Source: an uncultured Spirochaetota bacterium (GTDB taxonomy: Bacteria > Spirochaetota > Brevinematia > Brevinematales > JAOACQ01). Taken from it: 64,000 nt of DNA. Where the stretch lies: the NCBI GenBank assembly GCA_963783575.1, contig CAWAOD010000012.1:25732-89731 (forward strand). Reading direction: 5' to 3'. The position numbers were made by a program, and so were the translations under genes. This document shows, piece after piece, positions 19,605-29,559 of the stretch. Below the pieces are notes generated by a model. It was not told the origin of the DNA, ran no database searches, and saw only the letters and a program-made list of their open reading frames with translations. Every line of letters starts with the position of its first letter. Within the stretch, counting starts at the first letter, position 1.

Positions 19605-21236
19605 ATGCCTGGAAATAGCCAATTCAGAAGAGGCAGAGGCTTTCTGCCGCGTGCAAATCATGATCATGGTTTTTATAAATGGCTCGTTCTTGTCAACATT
19701 ATGGTCGGAACATTTATGGCTGTATTAGACTCAACAATCGTCAATGTAGGTCTTACAAATATAATGAACACCTTTGGAACAAGCGTTGACAAAATAGAAT
19801 GGATAATGACGGCATATATGCTGGTAATGGCGGTAATGCTGCCCGCTTCCGGCTGGATAGCCGACCATTTCGGCTATAAGAGGAGTTATTTCGCAGCCCT
19901 GTTTTTTTTCACTCTGGGATCGTTGCTTTGCGGGTTTGCCTGGAATGAAACAATTTTGATCGCATTCCGTGTCATCCAGGGTTTAGGAGCAGGCCTGCTT
20001 ATGCCTGTCGGTATGGCCATTCTCACCAGGACCTTCCCGCCTGAAAAAAGAGGTATGGCCCTGGGTTTCTGGGGTATTGCGTCCGCCGCTTCAGTTTCTT
20101 TCGGTCCTGTAATCGGCGGGTACCTAATAGATAATTTCAGCTGGCATGCTATATTCCTTGTTAATATCCCGGTCGGCATATTAGGGCTTGCGGCCACAAT
20201 CATTATCCAGAAGGAATACAAAACTGAAAACATACGTTCGTTTGATTTTGGAGGAGCCATCTCAATGGGAATTTTCCTGACATCTTTCCTTCTCGCGCTT
20301 GCCTGCGGAAATTCCTCATGGAATACTGGCGGATGGCATTCCAATTTTATAATAACCTGTTTTGTATTGTCAGCCATCGGTTTTGCCGTCTTCCTTTACA
20401 TTGACCTGCGCATTGAACACCCAATTGTAGAGTTGAGACTTCTTAAGGATTTTAACTTTTCAATTGCAAATATAGTTTTCTTTATTTTCGGCTTTGGAAT
20501 GTTCGGGAGTACCTTCCTTCTTCCATTATTTTTGCAGAACTCCCTGGGATATACCGCTTTACAGGCCGGGCTGGTTTTCCTTCCGGTTGGTGTAATACAG
20601 GCTATACTTTCTCCTGTTTCAGGGATTGTATCGGATAGAATTAATCCAAAAATTCCGGCTTTCATAGGAATAGGAGCACTTGGCATCGGCCTTTATATGC
20701 AGAATTTTCTCTCTCTGGATTCAAGCAACTTTCAGATAATACTGCCCCTTATAGTACGGGGAATAGGCATGGGAATGATCATGGCGCCTCTCGGAACACT
20801 GGCCATGGGTAAGTTGCCGCCGCAAAAACTCGCCCAGGCATCGGGGCTTTTTAATGTAATACGCCAACTTGGAGGCAGCTTCGGCGTCGCGGTTATGGGA
20901 ACTATCCTTTCACACCAGGTTGTCGTCCACTCCGCAAATTATTTTCAGGCGGTAAAGAGGTATTCACCAACTTTTAAGAATTCAGTTCTTTCAATGAGGA
21001 CAATGATCGAGCAATTCTCGGGAAAAAGCATGAAAGAAGCCCTCTCTATTTCTCAGATGTCCATCTTACAGAATGTTGCAAATCAGGCTTTCGTTAAATC
21101 AATCTGCGATGATTTTCTTATCGCAGGTCTGGCGACTTTTCTTAGTCTCATCCCGCTCTTAATGATAAGATATCATAAGAAGCAAACCGGCAAAGGTTCT
21201 GCGAGAAGCGCCGAAAGCCCTCCCGATCTCGGTTGA
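19605..21236 (+). CDS. DHA2/EmrB-QacA MFS efflux permease
   Basis: GTFMAVLDSTIVNV, GWIADHFGYKR, RVIQGLGAG, WHAIFLVNIPVG. Confidence 0.93.
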   Translation: MPGNSQFRRGRGFLPRANHDHGFYKWLVLVNIMVGTFMAVLDSTIVNVGLTNIMNTFGTSVDKIEWIMTAYMLVMAVMLPASGWIADHFGYKRSYFAALFFFTLGSLLCGFAWNETILIAFRVIQGLGAGLLMPVGMAILTRTFPPEKRGMALGFWGIASAASVSFGPVIGGYLIDNFSWHAIFLVNIPVGILGLAATIIIQKEYKTENIRSFDFGGAISMGIFLTSFLLALACGNSSWNTGGWHSNFIITCFVLSAIGFAVFLYIDLRIEHPIVELRLLKDFNFSIANIVFFIFGFGMFGSTFLLPLFLQNSLGYTALQAGLVFLPVGVIQAILSPVSGIVSDRINPKIPAFIGIGALGIGLYMQNFLSLDSSNFQIILPLIVRGIGMGMIMAPLGTLAMGKLPPQKLAQASGLFNVIRQLGGSFGVAVMGTILSHQVVVHSANYFQAVKRYSPTFKNSVLSMRTMIEQFSGKSMKEALSISQMSILQNVANQAFVKSICDDFLIAGLATFLSLIPLLMIRYHKKQTGKGSARSAESPPDLG

Positions 21237-21263
21237 GGTTGATTCCGGAAGTTTATAATACGG

Positions 21264-22271
21264 CTATATTTCTACTTCCATATGTGGCATTCCAATTATA
21301 AAAGAAGCAATTGTTTTATTGCCGGAGGAATAAGGCACATTCACTTTTCCGTATGTTCCATAGATGCTTCTATTAGCTTCAATAACAAAGGCACACTGAA
21401 TATAACCCATCCCGGCAGAAAAACGAAGGTTGTCCGGTTCTTCTTCTTTTTTAAATGTTGAACGTAATTGCTGATAAACTGTTGCATAATAGGGATAAAA
21501 CGAGGTATGAGTTCCGGCTGACATTAGCAGGAAATATGGACAGGAATTCCAGTAATCATCAAAACTCTCATCAAATGTTTTTCCCCAGAGATTTTCAAAC
21601 CTATCTTCGGAATATTCCGGTAAAAACAAATTCTTTATATAAACAGATAATTCGGAATAAGGACGCATTTCGAATTCCTGCCGTAAATCAAAATCAGATA
21701 ATTCACATCCTAATTTAATTTTGTTTTCAACCATTTTTTGAATGGAAGGGTTGATATTTCCGTAATTTTCAATCTCAAAATATAAAAGATTATCTTTTAA
21801 AAATATATTTAAATTCACAGATATTTCCGGGTAATGATAAAGCAATGGAATATCACTGTTTCCAAGCTGCAGTTTCTCTTTTAAAATTTTACCCATCAAA
21901 TCAAGAGGGGCATGCAATTCATCAGGTTTTATCAAACCCGCCTTTTTAGCTATAATAGTAGCATTTTCCTTTTCAGCGTTCTTTACAAGCTCACGGAGAA
22001 GAGGATCTATTTTAAAAGAAACATCCTTGATGAAAATATCCGAAATTCTGTGAATTGCTTTAAGCACAAATGGAGCCTGAGAAGAATAAAATTTCAAACA
22101 AACTCTTTTTTCGTTTTTAACAAGCTTAAATATTTCATTAAATCCCCAATCTTCCGGGCTTAAACTATTGAGAAGAATTTTTTTTCCTGCCACGGATAAA
22201 ACTAAGGGGTAATGAATATAATTTGATTTTTGAGAATTTCCGGAGGCAGCGTTTGTCTTTATTCCATCCAT
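21264..22271 (-). CDS. Hypothetical protein with divergent HATPase_c/GHKL-like motifs
   Basis: LRELVKNAEK (N-box-like), FEIENYG (G1-like), SAGMG (G2-like). Confidence 0.45.
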   Translation of the reverse strand: MDGIKTNAASGNSQKSNYIHYPLVLSVAGKKILLNSLSPEDWGFNEIFKLVKNEKRVCLKFYSSQAPFVLKAIHRISDIFIKDVSFKIDPLLRELVKNAEKENATIIAKKAGLIKPDELHAPLDLMGKILKEKLQLGNSDIPLLYHYPEISVNLNIFLKDNLLYFEIENYGNINPSIQKMVENKIKLGCELSDFDLRQEFEMRPYSELSVYIKNLFLPEYSEDRFENLWGKTFDESFDDYWNSCPYFLLMSAGTHTSFYPYYATVYQQLRSTFKKEEEPDNLRFSAGMGYIQCAFVIEANRSIYGTYGKVNVPYSSGNKTIASFIIGMPHMEVEI

Positions 22272-22482
22272 AATTAACCCTGTAACTCTGATTTATTTAA
22301 TAACAAGTAAATTTATTATTTGAAAAACAATTTACCAGATATTTTATTATATATGAAAAATACATTTTCTTCAATAATATTTTTATCTAATTATAATTCC
22401 CGGATTATAGGAATAAAATGCTTGAAATTTTAAATCGGGCAATTTAAAATTAATTCAAATTAAAAATTGGGAGGATCGGGAA

Positions 22483-22887
22483 ATGAAAAATTTTCATGAG
22501 TTTTCTATAAGGACCAAACAAAGGAATGATTTTTATAATATTACGTCCGAAGTTGCAGGATGCATAAGGGAATCTGGAATTAACGAAGGAATATGTTTTG
22601 TTTTCGTTCCTCATACAACTGCAGGTGTAACAATAAACGAAAACGCAGACCCGGATGTAACCATGGACTTAACCGGCCACTTAAAAAAAGTCGTACCGGC
22701 CGATTCTAACTTCGCCCATTCGGAAGGCAACTCTGACGCTCATATTAAAACAAGCCTTGTCGGTTCATCGCTATCGATAATAATAAAGGAAGGAAAACCG
22801 TATTTAGGCATATGGCAGGGAATATATTTTGCAGAATTCGACAGACCAAGGGCCCGCAAATATGCGGTAAAATGTATTGAGGGATAA
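22483..22887 (+). CDS. yjbQ: YjbQ/UPF0047 secondary thiamine-phosphate synthase family
   Basis: PHTTAGVTINENADPDV, HSEGNSDAHIK, LGIWQGIYFAEFD. Confidence 0.93.
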   Translation: MKNFHEFSIRTKQRNDFYNITSEVAGCIRESGINEGICFVFVPHTTAGVTINENADPDVTMDLTGHLKKVVPADSNFAHSEGNSDAHIKTSLVGSSLSIIIKEGKPYLGIWQGIYFAEFDRPRARKYAVKCIEG

Positions 22888-22895
22888 ATATTAAA

Positions 22896-22914
22896 TCAAG
22901 CGGCACGCTTGTTA
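22896..22914. repeat. 19-bp mini-hairpin repeat, copy 1 (TCAAGCGGCACGCTTGTTA)
   Basis: Identical to 37062-37080; CAAGCG/CGCTTG stem; includes the gpmA stop codon. Confidence 0.8.
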
Positions 22915-23592
22915 TAAATTGCCTTTAATGAATTTGCCGTTATTATAATTATATAAAACCGGCTTGCCCGTTGCTAGCTCAAGTTCAATAACTTCAGTCT
23001 CGTTAAGCTTTTCCAGGTACATCACAATAGACCTCAGACTATTACCATGAGCTGATATCAATATGTTTTTATCATCCTCCAGCTGCGGAACAATCCTTTC
23101 GACAAAAAAAGGGATTGTCCTTAAAGCCGTGTCTTTAAGAGCCTCGCCGCCCGGAGGCGGGACATCATAACTCCTCCGCCAGATATGAACCTGGTTTTCT
23201 CCATAGATTGCTGCCGTTTCCGCTTTGTTCTTACCCTGCAGTTCGCCATAATATCTTTCATTTAACCGCCAATCCCTGAATACCGGAATAAGCTCTTTTT
23301 CAATTTCCGGGTTATAAATTTTAGACCATTCCGTCATTTTTCCTTCCTCGTTATGAATAACCCTTGGAACCTTTGAAGATTTATTTTTTGAAAGCACAAG
23401 CAGCAATGTTTCCATAGCCCTTACAAGGGTTGAAGTAAAAACGGCATCAAATTCCAGTTTCGAAATGATGCCGCCGGCGTTCAAGGCTTCCTCAATTCCT
23501 TTCACGGAAAGCGGAACATCAACCCAGCCGGTAAATACATTTTTACTGTTCCAAACAGATTCGCCATGCCGGAGTAAAACTAAATACGGCAT
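22912..23592 (-). CDS. gpmA: 2,3-BPG-dependent phosphoglycerate mutase
   Basis: LLRHGESVWN..NVFTGWVDV, LNERYYGELQG, WRRSYD, AHGNSLR. Confidence 0.95.
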   Translation of the reverse strand: MPYLVLLRHGESVWNSKNVFTGWVDVPLSVKGIEEALNAGGIISKLEFDAVFTSTLVRAMETLLLVLSKNKSSKVPRVIHNEEGKMTEWSKIYNPEIEKELIPVFRDWRLNERYYGELQGKNKAETAAIYGENQVHIWRRSYDVPPPGGEALKDTALRTIPFFVERIVPQLEDDKNILISAHGNSLRSIVMYLEKLNETEVIELELATGKPVLYNYNNGKFIKGNL

Positions 23593-23667
23593 AAAATCAA
23601 TTTACCTTCCTTGTTTTATTTTTATTTAAATCAAATTCAAAAATAATGTTTCAAAACTGAAAATCAT

Positions 23668-25470
23668 TTAAATATGATAAGTTCTTTTTATTTTCTCAAA
23701 TGTTATAACATCGGCAACCCGTTCAAGATTTTGTTTCACCCTGATTATCTCATTATTAACTTCCGCTTCTTTTTCAAGAGAAGACATCATTTTTGATCCG
23801 GAAAAAAATGCCCCAATCAATAGACAAATTGATGTTATAATGTTAAGTATTTCACCAAAAGTCTTGTCCTGAAAAACACCGCTGATGTTAATCTTCTGAT
23901 CCCAGAACGGCACGAAAAAACCATTTCTTACAAGAATTGAAGGATCAAGAGGCTTAAAGATCTTTTCCTGTGTTTTGTTAATTTCCGGATTATCAGGTTC
24001 CGGACGATATGTCTGGTATAATTGACCGGTTTTTTTGCCGAGATCAACCATTAAATTTGAAATTTCATCAACAATTTGAACCGCAAAAACCTCATCTTTT
24101 GTTAAATTACCCGAATCTATATTTTTCCTGACCTCCCTGAACCTATCAACTGAAACCTGTACCGATGCGACAGCCATTTTTGATAATTGATTTTCCACAG
24201 TCTTGATCTTACTAAGTTCAAAATAAAAAAAATCCGGCGTAAAGACATTAATTTCACCCCAATTCTCAATTCCAATACTTCTCGTTAAAAAAGGCTCAAT
24301 TTCTTTATTAAAACGTATCATTAAATTATTTGTAAAAATCAACAGATTATCTTTATCCCTGTTATACCAAAACTTATCAAGGCCGGAACCGGATTCATAA
24401 AATGAAACAAGTAATGCGAATTTATATCTTTCTTTCCCTGTTTCATCCTTTCTAATAAATTGTTTTAAAAAATGGTTCATCTTTATAATATCTGATTTCT
24501 GATGTAATAAATCTTTTAAAATTTTTTCATTATCGCTGATATAGAAGTCTATTTTATTATTGATGGAATCACTGCAGTCAAAGTTAAAATCATTTATTAC
24601 TGCGCCTGATTTACGCTGAATAAGATCTTCCAGGCTGAAAAATTGACGAAAAATGACGATGTTAAGTCCTAGAATGATATGGTAGAGAGAATGCTGATCT
24701 CCGGAAGGCAAAAGAATTTTTTTTGTTAGAGTAACCACATGCTCAATATGAACATCCTGTTTTAAAAAGTCCCTCATAAACTCGCTCAAACACCGGCTAA
24801 TAATATCCGGATATTCAGGTTGATAATTACAGATTAAAAACCTGGATTCAATTGATTTTATTTTTGCTAGAAATTGAATTTCATTATTATTATAAGTCAA
24901 ATCTGTCCTGGAAATATCCTCACAAAGTTTCTTAAATTGGTTAAGTAGATTATATTCAAATTTTGTAAAAAGAGTCCATCCGGTTTCCAGAACCGGATTT
25001 ATGTAATTTAGAAGGAGAGAGGCTTCTTTTTGCAAAGAAACAAGAAGATATTTCTTAAAGTTTAATTTTACCGAAAATGCAGTCAAATGAAGAATTCGAG
25101 AATCTTTAGCGTAATTCCGGATTTTAAAATATTCTTTGAAGAAAAACTGGAAAAATTGTTTCTTATAGATAGGTTTCTTTAAATAATTAATATTTTTATT
25201 AGCCGTTTCTTCAGTTGTAACATTATATCTTGTTAAAATTTCAGCAATTTCATTCTCATTAATAACAGCATGTTCTTTGATAACAGACTTGTCTGAAGCG
25301 TCGATTTCCTGAATTCTCTTGATTTTATCATCCATGCTGATTTCACTGTTTAATACCTGAAAAACCAGTTCCTGAGCTTCATGGGAGCGGTTTTTCTTTA
25401 GTAATTTCCCGACTTTTATATAGACTTCGGCTTCAGTATCAAGTTTTTTACCCGGTACCTCTTCGGTCAT
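23668..25470 (-). CDS. Hypothetical protein (600 aa, mostly helical)
   Basis: Long ORF with GGAGG RBS; no family recognised. Confidence 0.75.
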   Translation of the reverse strand: MTEEVPGKKLDTEAEVYIKVGKLLKKNRSHEAQELVFQVLNSEISMDDKIKRIQEIDASDKSVIKEHAVINENEIAEILTRYNVTTEETANKNINYLKKPIYKKQFFQFFFKEYFKIRNYAKDSRILHLTAFSVKLNFKKYLLVSLQKEASLLLNYINPVLETGWTLFTKFEYNLLNQFKKLCEDISRTDLTYNNNEIQFLAKIKSIESRFLICNYQPEYPDIISRCLSEFMRDFLKQDVHIEHVVTLTKKILLPSGDQHSLYHIILGLNIVIFRQFFSLEDLIQRKSGAVINDFNFDCSDSINNKIDFYISDNEKILKDLLHQKSDIIKMNHFLKQFIRKDETGKERYKFALLVSFYESGSGLDKFWYNRDKDNLLIFTNNLMIRFNKEIEPFLTRSIGIENWGEINVFTPDFFYFELSKIKTVENQLSKMAVASVQVSVDRFREVRKNIDSGNLTKDEVFAVQIVDEISNLMVDLGKKTGQLYQTYRPEPDNPEINKTQEKIFKPLDPSILVRNGFFVPFWDQKINISGVFQDKTFGEILNIITSICLLIGAFFSGSKMMSSLEKEAEVNNEIIRVKQNLERVADVITFEKIKRTYHI

Positions 25471-25687
25471 TTAACCTCCGGCATTTTCGATATCTTTTCA
25501 GTGATTTCTAAAATTATTATGATTAGACCGTAAAATAACTTTTTTTATAAAAATGATCATGTTAAAACTGGAATGATTTTAATATTTTGATTACTAAAAT
25601 TTTAATGATTTTCAATTTTATAAAATAAACATCTTTTTGTCAAAAAAAACAAGCAATTTCAGCGATTATGTTTTGGCTATAAATATT

Positions 25688-27316
25688 TTATAAAAATTCA
25701 ATCAAAGAAGGTTCATAATCATCGGGTTTTTCATAGCCCAAAAAGTTGCAGATTGTAGCCGCAATGTTTGCAAGACCTTTGACCGGAAGATCCGCCATTT
25801 TGTATTCATTTTGATATTGCGGGTCAACAATAATAAATGGGACAGGATTTAGAGTGTGCGCAGTTTTAACACTCCGCTTTCCGTCTTTTTCTGTAAACAT
25901 TTCATCGGCATTTCCATGGTCGGCGGTAATAAAAGTGACTCCTCCAAGGCTACTGACAGTATCAATCAATTTTGCCACACAATCATCAACTGTTTCAACA
26001 GCTGTAATTGAAGCTTCCATATTTCCGGTATGCCCAACCATATCACCATTTGCCAGGTTAAGCCTGCCGAATTTGTATTTGCCTGATTTCAGCAATTCAA
26101 TGGTTTTTGCTGTGATCTCAACAGCCTTCATTTTTGGAGCTTTATCAAATTGAATTTTATCCGAAGGAATTTCAATATAAGTTTCCAGTTTTTCATTTAT
26201 ATAACCAGATTTGTTGCCGTTCCAGAAGTATGTTACATGGCCGAATTTCTGGGTTTCCGAGATCGCAAATGAAGTAACTCCCTGCGCGCAAAGATATTCT
26301 CCAAGCGTTCTGTCAATCTCCGAAGGCTGTACAAGAAAATTCTTCGGCAGGTGAAGATCCCCGTCATATTGCATCATACCTGCATAATAAACCTCGGGTC
26401 TTTTTACCCTGTCGAATCCTTTAAAATCATCATTCTCAAATGCCATACTGATTTCTATCGCCCTGTCTCCCCGGAAATTAAAAAATACAACGCTGTCGCC
26501 ATCAGATATTTTGCCAATTGGATTTCCGTTTTCCGCAATAACAAATGATAGCAGGTATTGATCCGTAATTTTAGGGTCTTCATAATAATATGTTTCAACA
26601 GCTTCATGAGCCGATGAAAATTGCCTGCCTATCCCCAGCACATGAGCTTCCCATCCCAGTTTGACGACATTCCAATCCGCGAAATACCTGTCCATTGTTG
26701 TGACCATCCTACCGCCCCCGGAACCGATACGGTAATCGAACCCGCCTTTCGCAGAAATTGATTTTAATAATAATTCAAGTTTATTTATGTATATCAAAGC
26801 CGATTTCTCAGGAACATCCCTGCCGTCAAGAAGGGGGTGAACCCTTAATCTTTTTACACCATTCTCCACCGCCTTGTGAATCATTGTGAAAAGCTGGTCA
26901 ATATGCGAATGAACATTACCATCCGACAGAAGGCCTATGAAATGAAGCGTTCCTTTATTGTTCCCGCATCTTGAAATTAAGTTCTTCCAGACATCGGTTT
27001 TAAAAATGCTTCCGTCGGCAATTGCCTGGTTAACCCTTTTTGCCCCCTGGGCAAAAACCCTTCCTGCCCCAAGGGCGTTATGGCCGACTTCACTGTTCCC
27101 CATATCATCGTCGGAAGGCAGGCCAACGGAAACTCCATGAGCTTGAAGTGTTGTATAAAGTTCGCTTTTAAAGAGTTTTTCAAGAATAGGTTTTTTTGCC
27201 ATATATACCGCATTTCCCGGGTATTCTTTGCCGATTCCGATCCCATCCATTATAATTAGCAGAACCGGGCCTTTGCGGCCTTTAAATCCATTTAATTTCT
27301 TCAAATCAAAACTCAT
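25688..27316 (-). CDS. gpmI: 2,3-BPG-independent phosphoglycerate mutase
   Basis: IMDG, MGNSEVGH, SDGNVHS, DGRD, NFRGDRA, ETQKFGHVT, DMVGHTG, TADHGN; GGAGGAG RBS before ATG 27316. Confidence 0.96.
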   Translation of the reverse strand: MSFDLKKLNGFKGRKGPVLLIIMDGIGIGKEYPGNAVYMAKKPILEKLFKSELYTTLQAHGVSVGLPSDDDMGNSEVGHNALGAGRVFAQGAKRVNQAIADGSIFKTDVWKNLISRCGNNKGTLHFIGLLSDGNVHSHIDQLFTMIHKAVENGVKRLRVHPLLDGRDVPEKSALIYINKLELLLKSISAKGGFDYRIGSGGGRMVTTMDRYFADWNVVKLGWEAHVLGIGRQFSSAHEAVETYYYEDPKITDQYLLSFVIAENGNPIGKISDGDSVVFFNFRGDRAIEISMAFENDDFKGFDRVKRPEVYYAGMMQYDGDLHLPKNFLVQPSEIDRTLGEYLCAQGVTSFAISETQKFGHVTYFWNGNKSGYINEKLETYIEIPSDKIQFDKAPKMKAVEITAKTIELLKSGKYKFGRLNLANGDMVGHTGNMEASITAVETVDDCVAKLIDTVSSLGGVTFITADHGNADEMFTEKDGKRSVKTAHTLNPVPFIIVDPQYQNEYKMADLPVKGLANIAATICNFLGYEKPDDYEPSLIEFL

Positions 27317-27417
27317 TTTCTCCTCCAATAATCCTTCTTAAATTATAAAATATAGAATATTTTAATGAAAATTTGAAAATTTAGCTATTTTAGGGAGCCT
27401 TAGCTTGAAACAATCGA

Positions 27418-28404
27418 TCAAAAATGGCTGAAGCTCTTTCTGATATTTGATAATTCAACCGGTTTGCCTTTCATTGTAAGCGAATATCCCTTTTCTGTCA
27501 TCTTCCCGATTGAAGTCACCGCAACACCGGTAATTTCAAAAACCTTGCGAATATCTATAATTTCCCGGCTGGTAAAAATAAGTTCATAATCCTCTCCTCC
27601 GGAAAGAGCTAATTCAATAAAATACATTTCATCTTTTTCAAAGGATTGACCGATTTTTTCCCTTGAAACTGGTATTTTTTCCAGAGTCAGTTCAAAACCC
27701 ATTCCGCTCATTTCAGCTATGTGGGTTAAGTCCCCCAATAAACCGTCGCTCACATCTATGCAGGAATTAATATTATAATTTTCTTCCAGGTATTTGATAA
27801 GCTCAACTCTCGGAGTTGGAAGATAATGTCTATTTATAAAATAATCATGATCCGATACCGGGTACTTCAGATTATTTTGAATTTCAGCAAGTCCAACAGC
27901 GCTGTCACCGACCGATCCCGTGACATAAATATAATCACCCGGTTTTGCTCCGCTTCTTAAAAGCGGTTTATCAAAGGCTTCACCTATTATTGTAACGGAA
28001 ATGAAAAAAGTACCGGAGAATACAGTATCACCTCCGGTCAGGTCAAACGGAAATATTTTTCTGGTTCTATTTATTCCGTTAAAAAATTCTTCAATCTGCC
28101 GGTCGTTAATTCTTCCGGAAATCCCGAGCGTCAGAAGCGCATAAAGCGGCCTGCCCCCCATTGCGGCGATATCGCTTATGTTAACAGCCATCGATTTGTA
28201 CCCGAGATCGGAAAAATCTATTTTATCCGAAATAAAATGAACACCGTCTACCAGGGCATCGGTTGTGACCAGAAATTTATTATTTTTGAGCTTCCGGCAG
28301 TCAATAACGGCGGCGTCATCTCCAATCCCTAAAGTACCGGTAAGCTTAACCGGAAATTGAGTCTTAATTTTCTCAATTAGCTCAAACTCGCTTAAATGTA
28401 TCAT
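27418..28404 (-). CDS. thiL: Thiamine-monophosphate kinase
   Basis: EFELI, GIGDDAA, AVNISDIAAMGG, GGDT, IDVSDGL, GGEDYEL. Confidence 0.95.
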   Translation of the reverse strand: MIHLSEFELIEKIKTQFPVKLTGTLGIGDDAAVIDCRKLKNNKFLVTTDALVDGVHFISDKIDFSDLGYKSMAVNISDIAAMGGRPLYALLTLGISGRINDRQIEEFFNGINRTRKIFPFDLTGGDTVFSGTFFISVTIIGEAFDKPLLRSGAKPGDYIYVTGSVGDSAVGLAEIQNNLKYPVSDHDYFINRHYLPTPRVELIKYLEENYNINSCIDVSDGLLGDLTHIAEMSGMGFELTLEKIPVSREKIGQSFEKDEMYFIELALSGGEDYELIFTSREIIDIRKVFEITGVAVTSIGKMTEKGYSLTMKGKPVELSNIRKSFSHF

Positions 28405-28484
28405 AATTGTTCATCCTTTAAGTTAATAATATAATAATTATAATACAATTCCAAAAGTTTTGAAAATTAATTAACTCCGTGAAT

Positions 28485-28513
28485 TTGACAAACATTAAAA
28501 ACCCCATTAAAAT
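28485..28513 (+). promoter_or_regulatory. sigma70 promoter of tRNA-Tyr
   Basis: TTGACA-17-TAAAAT about 20 nt upstream of the tRNA. Confidence 0.75.
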
Positions 28514-28533
28514 ATTTCTACGATTTTTCCCAC

Positions 28534-28615
28534 GGACGGGTACCCGAGTGGCCAAAGGGGGCAGACTGTAAATCTGCTGGCATCGCCTTCGGTGGTTCGA
28601 ATCCACCCCCGTCCA
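28534..28615 (+). tRNA. tRNA-Tyr(GTA)
   Basis: GGACGGG...GCAGA-CT-GTA-AA-TCTGC, variable arm, GGTTCGAATCC, CCCGTCCA. Confidence 0.96.
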
Positions 28616-28667
28616 ATCATTATATAATAAATTTCGTTCCATAACTAGGTTAAACCGGGTCAAGCAG

Positions 28668-28718
28668 CCTGCCTGGCCTGCCTACGCCGGGATCTCCGGC
28701 AGGTAGACGGCAGACAGG
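28668..28718. repeat. Nested GC-rich palindrome (CCTGCCTG...CAGACAGG, REP-like)
   Basis: Outer CCTGCCTG/CAGACAGG, inner GCCGG-GATCT-CCGGC; related stem at 49712-49733. Confidence 0.6.
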
Positions 28719-28767
28719 TCACATTTGTTAAAATAATTAAATTCGGCTAGAATTCGTTAATATGAAG

Positions 28768-29244
28768 TTAAACTTGTAGATTGCGGCTTATGTAGCCGCT
28801 ATAGTCTTCGATTATTGGTGTGTATTTAACGTTCATTAAAGATGAGGAAATCATGTAATCTGCAGTCGAGCGGTTACATGCCGTCGGAACATTATAAACT
28901 ACTGCAATTCGAAGGAGTGCCTTTACATCAACATCATGAGGCTGCGGTTCCATAGGATCCCAAAGAAATATAATCAAATCAATCTTCCCTTCAGCTATCA
29001 TTGAACCAAGCTGCTGATCACCCCCAAGTGGTCCCGATTTAAGCTTTATAATATCATAACGCTGTGTCGTATTCAATTCTTCTGCGAGTTTTTTCTTTAA
29101 AGCCTCTTCAACCAGAATACCGGTTGTTCCTGTACAGATTAATTTATGCGGTATAATGTTCTTCCAGTTAAATTCCAGCCATTCGATCAAATCTTTTTTC
29201 TTATTATCATGAGCAACAAGAGCGATCCTTTTATAATTATCCAT
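28768..29244 (-). CDS. mgsA: Methylglyoxal synthase
   Basis: IALVAHD, TGTTG, SGPLGGDQQ, PHDVDVKALLR, ACNRSTAD. Confidence 0.96.
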   Translation of the reverse strand: MDNYKRIALVAHDNKKKDLIEWLEFNWKNIIPHKLICTGTTGILVEEALKKKLAEELNTTQRYDIIKLKSGPLGGDQQLGSMIAEGKIDLIIFLWDPMEPQPHDVDVKALLRIAVVYNVPTACNRSTADYMISSSLMNVKYTPIIEDYSGYISRNLQV

Positions 29245-29351
29245 ATTGACTCCCGCTATAATTTAAATATTAATTCTGCATTCGTCAATACAGAAATTCC
29301 AATTGATATAAAAATATTTTTATATACTTATAATAATCTTTTTTACAACTA

Positions 29352-29380
29352 TTGACAATCGCAAAATATTATAATATAAT
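29352..29380 (+). promoter_or_regulatory. Perfect-consensus sigma70 promoter
   Basis: TTGACA (29352-29357)-17 nt-TATAAT (29375-29380). Confidence 0.8.
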
Positions 29381-29389
29381 ATTAACGGT

Positions 29390-29424
29390 GGGTGGAATAC
29401 ATGTCATGTGTTCTGCCCTTTTTT
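29390..29424 (+). terminator. Intrinsic terminator-like hairpin immediately after the promoter
   Basis: GGGTGGAATACAT-GTC-ATGTGTTCTGCCC stem (with G:U pairs) followed by TTTTTT. Confidence 0.7.
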
Positions 29425-29559
29425 ATTTTAATTGTCAAATATCGTTATGAGATTCTCATTAGTTGGTTAATATTTATCGGTAAAATATAGAATTGTGTAT
29501 TTCTGTTATATGACTTCAAAAAGTAAGTTATAATAATTTCATATATCAGGAGAGTAATT

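Noticed and set aside
28418..28663. 81-aa minus-strand ORF
   Set aside because: Antisense to tRNA-Tyr.
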